From Vicugna vicugna (Eukaryota), in contig MU058531.1 in the NCBI GenBank assembly GCA_013265495.1, positions 2,294,911-2,358,910 of the forward strand: a stretch of DNA of 64,000 nucleotides. Reading direction: 5' to 3'. Both the position numbers and the translations under genes were made by a program. Of this stretch, positions 26,370-38,764 are shown piece after piece. The notes below the pieces were generated by a model, which did not search any database, was not told the origin of the DNA, and was given only the letters and a program-made list of their open reading frames with translations. Position 1 is the first letter of the stretch; every line of letters begins with the position of its first letter.

Positions 26370-29150
26370 TTCTATCATTGGATGCATTTTCCTATAAATG
26401 TCAATTAGGCCAAGTTGGTTGATAGGGTTTTCAGGTCTTCTATAACCTTACTGATTTTTCTGTCTAGTTTTTCTATTAATTAAAATGTTGAAGTCTAACT
26501 ACAACTGTGAATTTGTTTATTTCTCCTTTCAGTTCTTTTCATTTCTAGCACCTGGGCCATGAAGTACATACATATTTAGAATTGTTACACTTCTTGATGA
26601 ATTGAACCCTTTATCACTGTTGTTCCTCTTTATCCTTGGGGATATTCCTTATTCTAATGTCAACTTTTGTATTAATGTAGATATTCCAGCTTTCTCTTTT
26701 TTCTTAATTTCCTTTTTAAAATTTAATTAATTAATTGATTTTAAAATTGAGGTATAGTTGATTTTCAAATACAACTGCAGCTTTTTCTTTATTAGCGTTT
26801 GCATGGCATAAGCATACCCTGAAGAAAATGTGGATTCAGTTCCAGACACCACAACAAAGTGAGGATCATAGTAAAGCAAATCACACAGAATTTTTGGTTT
26901 CCCAGTGCATACAAAAGTTAAGCTTACACTACAGACTGTAGTCAATTAAGTATGTAATAGCATAAAAAAAAGTCCTACCTTAATTTAAAAATACTTTATT
27001 GCTAAAATCACTAACCATTACCTGAGCCTTAGGAAAGTCCTAGTCTTCTTGCTGGTGGACCTCCATGTTGATGGCTGCTGACTGATCAGGGTGGTGGTTG
27101 CTGTTTGAGAGAATTACCAAAATGTGACACAGGGACACAAAGTGAGGACATACTGTTGGAAAAATGGTGTCAGTAGATTTGTCTGATGCAAGACTTAGCA
27201 CAAACCTTCAATTTGTAAAAAAATGCAGTATCTGTGAAGTGAAATAAAAACAGGTGTGCCTATATATCTTTTTCGTTCTTTTCCTTTTAACTCTCTTTTC
27301 TATTTGAACCGAGTTTTTTTTTTAAGATTATAATCTCGGTTTATCTAATCTGACAATCTGTCTTTTAATTTGCTTATTTAGACTATTTATATTTAATATG
27401 ATTATTTGTCTTAAACATAATCTTGCTAGCTGTTTTCTATTTGTTCCCTCTGCTCTTTGTTTCTTTTTTCTTTTCCTGCCTACTTTAGAATTAATTGAAC
27501 GTTTTCATGAATCCATTTTATTTCCATTAAAATTTTGTTTAGTTTCTGCCTAAAGGCTTACAATATATATATTGAATTAATTTTAGTCTTCCCTCAAAAA
27601 AATTATACTGATTCATACATAATTTAAGAACCTAAGAACAGCACACTCTAATTACTCTCTCTCATCTTTTCTGTGGTTTTTCATTTTACTTTATATAAGC
27701 AATAAAACCACAATACATTGTTACTATATTTCATTTTGAAAGACAATGATCTTTTGGAAAGATTAAAAATTAGAGAAAACATATTTTTCTATTTATTTTC
27801 ATTTCAACCATTTCCGGAGATCTTCATCTATTTTTGTGGATCTATTTCTTTGTGTATGATACCACATTCTCTGATACATTCCTCTTGCTTGGAGAACTTC
27901 CTTTAATATTTCTTATAATACAGGATGGCTGGTAATGAATTCTGTCACTTTTGTTTCCTAAAAAAATCTTTAGTCTTCATTTTTGAAAGATATTTCATTG
28001 GGGGTAGAATTCTGGGTTGACACTTTTTCTTTCAGTACTTTAAAAAATGTCACCCCATTGCCTCCTGGTTTACACAGTTTCTAGTAAGAAGCCTGGAATG
28101 TAATTCTTATTTCTGTTCCTCTGCATTTAATGTGTCTCTGGCTGCCTTAAAGTTTTTCTCTTTAACTTTAGTTTTCAGTACTTGGGTTAGAGTGGGGCGA
28201 GTTGCTAGAGGGCTTTTCTTAGTGGCCCTACGAAGTCTCAGCTTTCAGCCTTCCCTGTGTGCCTGAGCCCAGGGAAGGGTCTCAGAGCACACTTCGGCTC
28301 TTTCACCATGAGAAGGCTGCTGCTCCCTGATTCTTGGGGATATCTGGCCTGGAGGTGGGGATTGGAGACGGTTTTCTGCTGTCCAGATCCAGCTTTAGTC
28401 CTAAGGAGGCCCTGTGTCTTGGGTCTTGGGGTAGTTGGGCTTTCTCAGTGATCCTGTCCCTCCCTGGGGTGGCCAAAGCCCGCCTGTAACTTTGGCAGGT
28501 TCTTTACAGGAGAGCGTTTCCTGCCCCTCCCCTAGGAGTAGAGGGTTTTTGTTTATTTTTTTAACCTTCATCTCAACCACAGTTGTCTTCACCTGTTCCC
28601 TGGGAGCCATAAGTATTGCTGCCCTTCTCCCTGTGGCTTTGGTCTGTAAATAAGAAGGGTCCAGGCAGAGCTTCATGCCTTTTTTTGTAGTGGGGGCCTC
28701 TCCCTTTCCAAGCATGCATCACAAATGGAGGCTTTCTCTGGTCTCCTGCCTGGGCTTCAGTTTTTCTTGAGAACCTGGTAAAGTCTGTGGAGAAGAGCCT
28801 CCTAGTAGGAATGGAGTCCCATTGTGTCTACAGCTCCTGTAGGGTCTATACTTTCATGCTAGCTCACATTAAGCCTTTAGCAATTTGTTAAACATTTTAG
28901 CTGAAGTCTTCTTACCTGCTTGCATGGTATCTGGTGTGTCTTCCTCCCAGGCTCAGCCACAGGTCAGCTACTGCTCATCCTTGAATCTCAGTGGAAGGGT
29001 TTCTATTTCCACAGAGTACTTGGCTGTCCTGAGATGGTAGCTCTTTGCTTGGCTCAAGAAAAGTTATGATGGTGCAGTTTGTCTAGTTTTTTGCTGTTAG
29101 AGTGGAAACGATGCTCTTCGGCTTTCTACTCCCTGGTCACGAACAGAATC
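26370..29150 (-). mobile_element. Old antisense LINE-1 5'/ORF1/ORF2-start remnants
   Basis: T-rich degenerate antisense L1 motifs (gtcaattaggccaagttggttgatag; gtagaattctgggttgacacttttt). Confidence 0.6.
26809..27262 (-). mobile_element. Internally deleted Tigger1-type (Tc1/mariner) DNA transposon
   Basis: TIR remnants agcatacc ... aggtgtgcct with flanking TA; gagaattaccaaaatgtgacacag and aaaccttcaatttgtaaaaaa resemble Tigger1 ends. Confidence 0.85.
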
Positions 29151-29522
29151 AGTGTAGTTCCCCATCAACATTTTCTAACTTGTTAGACACATAGCAGAAT
29201 TGATTTCAAGAGAAATTTCCTTTTCAAATGTGTGCCTGTTTTGTTCCTATTTCACTCTCTTTAACAAAATTATTATATGTTTACTTATTATTTTCTTCCA
29301 ACCCTTTGCCAGGCAAGTCTTTCTCAGCTTTATGGACCCCTTCCATGCCTTCAAAGATACTTCCTCAATATGTACTTGAAAAGACCTAAGTAATAAGAAT
29401 TTTATCTGATATCTTGTTAGGTTTAACCTAATCTCCATATTCAAAAACTTTTGTTTTGAAGGAAATTGAAAAACCTTGCTGCTGTACCTTGGCTTGGCAA
29501 ACTACCAAGGTACAGCAAGTGG

Positions 29523-30645
29523 TTTTTTTTTTTTCAATTTACAGGGTTTTTTTAATTGATCTATAATCATTTTACAATGTTGTGTCAAATTCCAGTGTTC
29601 AGCACAATTTTTCAGTCATACATGGACATATACACACTCATTGTCACATTTTTTTCTCTGTGAGATACCATAACGTTTTGTGTATACTTCCCTGTGCTAT
29701 ACAGAATAATCTTGTTTATCTATTCTACAATTTTGAAATCCCAGTCTATCCTTTCCCACCCTCCGCCCCCCGGCAACCACAAGTCTGTATTCTCTGTCTA
29801 TGAGTCTATTTCTGTCCTGTATTTATGCTTTGTTTTTGTTTGTTTGTTTGTTTGTTTGTTTTTTAGATTCCACATATGAGCGATCTCATATGGTATTTTT
29901 CTTTCTCTTTCTGGCTTCCTTCGCTTAGAATGACATTCTCCAGGAGCATCCATGTTGCTGCAAATGGCGTTATGTTGTCGGTTTTTATGGCTGAGTAGTA
30001 TTGCATTGTATAAATATACCACATCTTCTTTATCCAGTCACCTGTTGATGGACGTTTAGGCTGTTTCCATGTTTTGGCTATTGTAAATAGTGCTGCTATG
30101 AACATTGGGGTGCAGGTGTCATCCTGAAGTAGAACACTCCCTTACACCATATACAAAAATCAACTCAAAATGGATCAAAGGCTTAAACATAAGACAAGAT
30201 ACAATAAACCTCCTAGAGGAAAACATAGGCAAAACATTATCTGACAAACATTTCAAAAATTTTCTCCTAGTAGAAATAAAAGCAAGAATAAACACATGGG
30301 ACCTAATGAAACTTACAAGCTTCTGCACAGCAAAGGAAACCATAAGCAAAACAAGAAGACAACCTACGGAATGGGAGAAAATTTTTGCAAATGAAACCGA
30401 CAAAGGCTTGATCTACAGAATATATAAGCAGCTCATACGACTCAATAAGAAAAAAATAAACAACCCAATCCAAAAATGGGCAGAAACTGTGGAGAAAGGG
30501 GAACCCTCCTACACTGCTGGTGGGAATGCAATTTGGTGCAGCCACTATGGAAAACAGTGTAGAGATTCCTCAAAAGACTAGGAATAGACTTACTGTATGA
30601 CCCAAGTGTTTTTCAAAAGACTAGGAATAGACTTACCGTATGACC
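29523..30645 (-). mobile_element. Young 5'-inverted (twin-primed) LINE-1
   Basis: poly-T and antisense 3'UTR/ORF2 end 29523-30132, then sense ORF2 ([13 protein letters not shown]...) 30130-30602; TSD-like caagtg(g)ttttt on both sides. Confidence 0.9.
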
Positions 30646-31456
30646 CAAGTGTTTTTGTTTTAACAGAAGCATCAGTAGCAGATCTCACTTGATACTTTTT
30701 CTCCCAAAGAGGAAGAAAAGGAAGAGAAACTGGTACAAAACCTTTAGTAGATATTCTATTAAAAAGTTTATTTTAAATGGCTGTTGTTACTTTCTCACTG
30801 AATTACAGATCACTTAGTTGGCTGGGTAACTCAGAATCAGGATAGCAATAACACAGTCAAGCTACCCTTTTAGAATCACTCTGATTTTTTTTTTATCAAG
30901 GGGAATAGACCAAGAATTGATAAACCTAATGATCTTTTCTTGAAGTTTCTATAAAGACAAATAATGGGCCTATTTCCTATCCTTTGTATGAAAAAGTATC
31001 TATGACCTATCTAAAATAAAATATTAGATAATTAAAATATAATTGAAACACTTTAAATATATGGAGTTTGAAATAACCAAGTGCAATTATTATAACTTTA
31101 AAACTAAAAGGTGGTAGAAATCAAATTTATTTTAAACATGGTGCTAACTGGTTAATAACTTTGCATATACTGTATCTTTGTATGTACTTATGTGCCTGAC
31201 CAAAATGGACAATATACACTTTCTTATACATTTAGATTTAAGAAAATAACTTTGCTCTCCATTTTTTTCTTTTGTGGAGACTTCCTGTTTTTCACTTTAA
31301 TATCCCAGATCAGCCAGGAATGGGTGCATACCCAGGAAGTAAAGTGGTAGGTGTGGGCTTCTTATTCAAAAATAGCACTTGCACATGTTACCATTGCTTA
31401 ACCAATAACAAGGCTTTCTGGAATCACAGAAAGATCTTGTTCAAGAATTATGTCTG

Positions 31457-31634
31457 CATAAACAAGTTTATACTGTATAGCACAGGGAAATATATTCAAC
31501 ATCTTGTAGTAGCTTACAGTGAAAAAGAATATGAAAATGAATATATGTATATTCATGTATGACTGAAGCTGTACACCAGAATATGACACATTATAAACTG
31601 ACTATACCTCAATTAAAAGAAAAAAAAAAAAAGA
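31457..31634 (+). mobile_element. Short L1 3'UTR insertion with TSD
   Basis: ctgtatagcacagggaaatat...ctcaattaaaa plus A tail; TSD aagaat(t/c)atgtctg 31443-31456 / 31635-31648. Confidence 0.88.
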
Positions 31635-31869
31635 AAGAATCATGTCTGAGATTAAATCCTCAAGTACATTTCTAATTGAAAAACCTCCGTGTAATCAAAG
31701 ACTCCCCAAATCCAGATGATGTGCATTCATTTCAAGCAATATTTACTAGAGCAATGCTCTATTATCATAAAAGAATTAGGAGAGCCCTTTGGTCTACTTC
31801 TCTTCTATCATCATTGTTGTAGTTGTCATAATCATCATTGTCACCATCATTGTCACTGTCATCATCATC

Positions 31870-32080
31870 ACAACTACCATTTATTGAGTGCTTACTGTAT
31901 GCCAGCAATTTACATGCAATAACTCACTTAATCCTCATAATGGTATTATAGAGAGAGAGATTATTACAATCCACATGCCACTTTTGAGGAAACTGGAGCT
32001 CAAAAAGGTAAGAAACTAACCAAAGCTCACAATAAAAATGGTGGAACTAGAATTCAAAATCACATTTGTTTGACTCCATT
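31870..32080 (-). mobile_element. MIR SINE preceded by a (CAT)n-like low-complexity tract
   Basis: taccatttattgagtgcttactgtatgccag...tgaggaaactgg. Confidence 0.7.
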
Positions 32081-32799
32081 CATTTACCCTTTTGAAAATG
32101 TCTCTTGAGCACCTACTACATGCCAGACACTGTTTCAGGAACCATGTTGAGATTCAAAAAGTACAAAAGGTATACAGCATAAAGCCACTTCCCATCTCAT
32201 TCTTACTCCCACCCCTACGTCTGCACCACCATGTAGTTCTCTTCTAAGCAACCAATTTTATTAGTTTCTTGGGATCTATGACTTCAGGTAGGAAATTCCT
32301 TTTAGGTCAAACTTTGGCATGATCAGTATTTCCCACTACTCCTAATAGTCTCAGATTTCTTTGATGAGTTATCTTACATAATTCAGTATTTCAGGCCCAT
32401 TTGACAGCTGGGGGAAAAATATGTCCTTGGAAAGCCAGATTATGCTTTATCTGAGATGACATCATTGCCAAGGAAGAGACTGAGATCCTATAGGCTAGCT
32501 CACCGTGTCTTTACCATGAAGCCCTCATTTTTCTAAGAGGTGATCATCCCCAGCTCTCACTGATCCTCACACTTAGGATTTCCAAAATGTTTCCCCTCCA
32601 CCTCCCTGAACTGAAGCTTTCTCTATGACCCAAGCCCATCCTGCTGAACAAGACCTGTGACTTCTTTGTGGTCTGGGCACCATAACATTTGTTGCCTTTT
32701 CCTTTTCTCAGAATAGAATATTTTGAGTGCTTCTTAGAGTTAAGAATAGGGGACTTTTGTGTCCACACTATCTCAGATGATATCACAAAAATTAAAAAA

Positions 32800-33910
32800 A
32801 TCAGGACCACTGAAGAGTCAAAACAATCTTGAGAAAGAAAAATGGAGCTAGAGGAATCATGGTCCCTAACTTCAGACCATACTACAAAGCTACAGTAATC
32901 AAAACAGTATGGTACTGGCACAAAAACAGACATGTAGATCAATGAAACAGGACAGAAAGTCCAGAAATAAACCCATGTACTTATGGTCAATTAATCTACA
33001 ACAAAAGAGGCAAGAATATACAGTGGAGAAAAGACAGTCTCTTCAATAAATGGTGCTGGGAAAACTGGACAGCTACCTGTAAAAGACTGAAATTAGAACA
33101 TTCTCTAACACTGTATACAAAAATAAACTCAAAATGAATTAAAGACCTACATGTAAGACTGGATACTCCTAAAAGAAAACATAGGCAGAACACTCTGACA
33201 TAAATCACAGCAATATTTTTTTGGATCCGTCTCATAGAATAATGGAAATAAAAGCAAAAATAAACAAATGGGACCTAATTAAACTTAAAAGCTTTTGCAC
33301 AGCCAAGGAAACCATAAACAAAACAAAAAGATAACCTACGGAATGGGAGAAAATATTTGCAAATGACAAGGCCAAGAAGAGATTAATTTCCAAAATATAC
33401 AAACAGCTCATACAGCTTAATATAAAAAAAAAACTCAATCAAAAAATGGGCAGAAAAAAAAAATGGGCAGATAGACAGTTCTCCAAAGAACATATCCAGA
33501 TGGCCAACAGGCACATGAAAAGATGCTCAATATCACTGAGTTGTTAAAGAAATGCAAATCAAAACTACAATGAGATATCACCTCACACCAGTCATAATGG
33601 CCATCATTAGAAAGTCTACAAATAATGCATGCTGGAGAGGGCATGGAGAAAAAGGAATTCTGTGACATTGTTGGTAGGAATGTAGTTTGGTGCAGCCACT
33701 ATGGAGGACAGTATAGAGATTCCTTAAAAAAACTAAAACTAAGACTTACCATATGATCCAGCAATCCCACCCCTGGGCATATATCTGGAGAAAACTATAA
33801 TTCAAAAAGACACATGCACCCGTGTGTTCATAACAGCACTATTTACAATAGCCAAGACATGAAAACAGCCTAAATGTCCATAGACAGATGATTGGATAAA
33901 CAAGATGTGA
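32800..33910 (+). mobile_element. LINE-1 ORF2 3' fragment lacking its 3'UTR
   Basis: tactacaaagctacagtaatcaaaacagtatggtactggc ([13 protein letters not shown]), aaatggtgctgggaaaactgg (KWCWENW); frameshifted. Confidence 0.92.
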
Positions 33911-33962
33911 GATATATCCATCTATCTATCTATATCTATATCTATATCTATCTATATTTATG
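33911..33962. repeat. (TATC/TA)n microsatellite
   Basis: tctatctatctatatctatatctatatctatctat. Confidence 0.85.
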
Positions 33963-34590
33963 TATCTGGCTCCTTTCACTTAGCAAAATGTTTAAGTTCA
34001 TCTATGTTGTAGTATGTGTCAGTACCTCATTCCTTTTTATTACCAAATAATATGCTTGGATGTACATATCCATTGCTTGGATGTACATTTTATTTATTCA
34101 TTTATCAATGGATGGACATTTGGGTTGTTTCCACTTTTTGGTTATCATGAATAATTCCACTATGAACATTCGTACACAAGTTTTTGTATGGATGAATGTT
34201 TTCATTTCATATATATATATATATATACCTAGGAGTGGAATTACTGGGTCATATGGTTACTCTGTGTTTAAACTCTTCAGGAACTGCTAGATTGTTTTCC
34301 AAAGCAGCTGCTTTATTTTACATTGCTACCAGCAATGTACAAGGGTTCTAAATCTACACATCCTTAGCAACATTTGTTATTTTCTGTTTTTAAAAAAATT
34401 ATTATAGCTATCCTAGCAGGTACAAAGTGGTATTTAATTGTGGTTTTGATTTGCACTTCCCTGATGACTAATGATTTTGAACTTTTTTCACGTGCTTACT
34501 GACCATTTATATATCTTCTTTGGAGAAATGTCTATTCAGATCTATTCTCCAATTAAAAAATAGGGTTCTCTGTCTTTTTGTTATAGAGTA
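33963..34590 (-). mobile_element. Older antisense LINE-1 ORF2 end
   Basis: gatggacatttgggttgtttccac; atacctaggagtggaattactgggtcatatgg; tctttggagaaatgtctattcaga. Confidence 0.88.
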
Positions 34591-36344
34591 CTTTATCACC
34601 TTTTTAATTGAGCAAATAAATATCATAAAGTTCCACAGCAAAGCTCCATGGTCAGTAAAACTTACCCACATTACTGTGTTATGTAAAGTACATTACAGTA
34701 CATAATATGGGAGCATTACTGAAGCAACGTCATGCTGACTATTGCCCATGTATTCCAGAGCTCTGATTAGATTCATGACATGGATAAGACATTTCTATTT
34801 GATTGTCTTAGCATTTTTCTAAGATAGCAAAGCACTAACATACTAATTAATTAGATTTTTGTCAAATTTTAAATAAAATATAATACAATGATTTGACATG
34901 AGATTTTAATAAATGACTTAGTCATTCTAACAACTGAAGATAAAACTTTAAGCGTAAGTAAAACAAAATTCAATTGTTATATAGTAAAAATCCATCGATG
35001 CCCTCAAGCTATATAGGTAATTTGAAGTTTTACCTCTATGTACAATTAATTAGTGAAAATAAGTTGCAAAAATTTTACCTAAATTCCTACTGATAATTAG
35101 AGGTAAGAATCACCTTCTCTTCTTACAAAGTTTGGTGTCTTGCACAATAGCAGTGACTAAAATAAATGGTGCGAAGTTTTTAGAGAGAGTCTTGTTTAAT
35201 TCAGAATATAATTAAAATCTCATGTAGCTTTATTGGTTTTAGTATCCAGCAGAGAAGAAATATTGAAACTCCAAGAGATTTTGAATTAAATAGCTACAAC
35301 AGTTTTGTTTTATTAGTTCTGACTGTGTGAAAAAAAAATTATAAGGACAACTTTGGAAAAATCTAGTTCTTTTAGAGCCCCAAATGACTTTTAAAACAAT
35401 AAAACAAACTATAAAACCTACACAAGTGATATTAAAAATTATGTAGTTCAATAAATGTGGACACTCACAAATGTGGTTGTAATTTTTTTTTTAACTATAG
35501 CAAAATGAACATGGATCTGACGATTGGATTTAGAAGAGGTGGTGTTATATAGCTTAACAGAATTAAGTGCTTCAATTCGCTGGTGAGGATTATGTAGCTG
35601 AGTTGGAATGTTGTACCAATGCCTTTTAAGATCTCCATCCACCTCACAGGGTCTGGGGCTAAATCAAAGAAAAGAATGAGGCTTCCTTTTCCCATATTAG
35701 TGATTATTTTCCTAGCATTTTAATATTTAGTTTGGAAAGTTTGTAGATTTAGATCTTTTTGGCTGGTAGCTGAGTCACGCATAGGATAAGCTATAAACCC
35801 ATACCATTTATGAAGACGTGAGAATGATGGCTGGCTAGTGATTTATTATAAGGGCATTAAACAAATTGGCGTAATCATCTCAATTACTCTCTAGGTGGAT
35901 GGGGCAGGAAAAAGGAGAAAAGCAATGATGAGGAAGAAAAAACAATTTTGTGAAAAAACAATAACCACAGTTATCTCCTTAGTTTACTGAGATCGCAATC
36001 TTTGAAGACCAAACATAACTTCTGAAGTCACCTTTGAGCTTCAGGTAATAACAACTGTCCTTTCTTTGTCTCCAAATCCCGTCTCTGTCCTCGGCACAAA
36101 GAAGAGCACATTTCACTTTCACAGTCTCCCAGCACCTGCCGTCAGGCCACCTGAGGAGAATTATGACCAGTGGAGGGGGCACAACATCAGACCAGACTCC
36201 AGAGAGACCAATCATTTGCAAATAGCCCTCCACAAATGGTTTCCAGGAGCAATACATTACCTGAACTTGTAGGCAGGCTTAAAAAATAATTCAAATAATT
36301 TTTTACTATTTAAAAAAACAGAGACAGTATTTTTATTTTTTAGC

Positions 36345-37350
36345 ATATAAATTCATACTTATTTTTGAGTTTTTATACTAAAACTTTTCAAACCTACAGA
36401 GAAGCTGAAACCAGCTTCTGAACATCTGTGTACTCTTCACTTAAATTCACCAGTGAATAATTTTCTAATTTGGTTTATCTTGCTCTTTACATATACATAT
36501 GTGTATATACATATATGTCTGTATGTATACATAACGATTTGAAAGTAAGCTGCAGATTTCATGACCCTTCACACCCAAATACCCTAGTTTGTACCTCCCA
36601 GAATAAGGAGACATCTCAACCACAATACCAATATCACACCTAAAACAATGAACATTCATTTAATGTCATCTAACATACAATTCATATTCAATTCTTCTCT
36701 ATTATCTCCCCAAATGTCTTTTATAGCTTTAAAAAAAAAAAAACCCAGAATCCAATCAATTGGGGTGATACTATGAGACCTTATGAAAATCCTCATCCTC
36801 AACAATATTTCACTTGATGATTTTAGTTCCAATGATTCTTGAATGAATGATTGCATTTTCTGATTTTATCAATCTTTCTACATTTGTTAGCTAGCATTCT
36901 TCCATCTATCATCCCTTTCTCTGAGTTTCTCTGTGGATAATGATACTATCACCTCTTATAATCTATATGTGTTTTGATGCTTAAATACTCCAAATTTGGC
37001 CAATGGAAGACCCTTCAAGTTGGTTCCTGTTTTCTGTCTGTGGTTGCTGGCACAAGATGCCTTGAGCTCACCTTGTACTTTTCCTGTCCCAGACCAGAAT
37101 CAGTCACTCCTTCAAGGACCTACTTATACTATGAATAGGTCACACATCCACACGGTTCAATTCTCCAAATAGTCACAAAGTGTACAGTACATTCTCCCTC
37201 CAACTCCACCTGTTATTAGTTCTTTGTGCATCCTTCCAGAGATAGTTTATATAATAGAGCAAAGGCACAGATAACTATTCTTACCCTCTCCCAGGGTTTT
37301 AACTCGAATGATAGCATATTACACTTGCTGGGTTTGTGCCTGTAGCTCTT
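36345..37350 (-). mobile_element. Ancient L1 3'UTR fragments
   Basis: degenerate L1MC/ME-like motifs similar to 7050-8400 (ttcacacccaaatac, ccttcaagttggttcctg). Confidence 0.5.
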
Positions 37351-38764
37351 TGTCTCTCAATGGATTCTGAACAATGCCTATGATCTCAACCCCAAAAGAT
37401 CAGAAATTTTTAGGCTAAGTCCTAAATGTTTTAGATGAGGAAAGTTCGGGGGGGTGACTTGAAAAGTTTACAACACTCACATGTTTTTCCATGGACTTGA
37501 TATGCTGGTCCCTCTCTAGGCTCAACTGACACCTACTCATTTTTCAAATATCACTTCCTTGGGGAACTTTCCCTTCCTTAACACAGCCTTCTCCCCCGAC
37601 AAGGTGATGTCTGTTCCCTCGTTAATAAGGTTTCAGGTCATCACGTACTTCTCCTTCCTAGCATATACATAAGTCACCTATTAAAATTTGTTTCCTGCCA
37701 CAGCGAAGACAAAGAACTACATCTGTCTTACTCACTGCTGGCACACAGTAGTTGCTGAACAAAAAAGTGCAAACTGAAACTTGAACTCAGGCCATTCGGC
37801 TTCCAGCCCACTCTTCTTCCTACTGCGGCCCTGCTGCAATTGGAGAAATAATTCCAAGATATACATAAAAACTCACAATAGAAAAAGCCGCGAAGTCTTT
37901 TCATTTCCACGATTAATGGGGGACCTTGGCAGAAACCGCTCACCGCGAGGTGTGACGACCGCAGGAGGGCGTCAATCAAGAAAATGCCCCCTTGCCCCGA
38001 AGGCGAGTGGAGCTGCACAGAGCCGAGGCCACACGGGGTAGCTTCACGGCTTCAATAGAAAACACGTGTAAAACGGGAAAGCGGGGCTGTGCGCAGCTGC
38101 GATCCCCTAGGATCTGAACCTACGGGACATGGAGCAGCCCCCAATGGGTCGGAGATGATTGCACAGCTTCTGCCTGACGCCGTAGGACCCCTGCCTTCCC
38201 TCGATTTCTACACGAAGGGACTTCTGCCAGCGTCCCCAAGGAAATGGCTGAGTCCTGGGCCTCACAAATGAAACGGGCCGGAGAGGCCAAGAGTCCGGAG
38301 CACCTTAGGTATAATCGTCCTTACCACAATGGGACGCAGGCAAGGGCCGTAGATCTCCCTCCTTGGAGCTGCCCCAAGAACCCAGGGCATTTTCTCCCGG
38401 TAGAGCTCCAGAGACGCTCGGTGCCAACAGCCAGTGCCACCGTTACTCCAGGGAGCGCACCAACCAGGGAGGGTGCTCTCAAGCCTGCGAAGGCGCGGCC
38501 CTGCCAGTGGCCTCTACTCCCGCCACCCCGGGCCCGGACTCGGGCCCGGACCAAAGCCCCCGAGTTTCGGCGGAGATGCCTCCCCTTTGGGGCTAGGGCC
38601 GCTTGAGTCCATCTTCCAAGCCGCTGCTTTCCTTGTGCTTCGCCCGACGGACGCGGCCCCGGGCTTCCTTCGAGGGCGTCCTGGGCCAGGGTACCTGGAG
38701 CACCGAGGGTCGGCGGCGGCTGGGCAGAGGGGCGCAAGGTCCTCGGAGGCTGGGAGCGCTCAAG

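Noticed and set aside
29582..30581. ORFs of 61-158 aa (also 22046, 32544-33668, 52098-52624, 54763-55140)
   Set aside because: Fragments or antisense frames of LINE-1 ORF2/3'UTR; no intact retrotransposon gene.
31716..31922. His/Cys-rich ORF
   Set aside because: Translation of a (CAT)n-like tract attached to a MIR.
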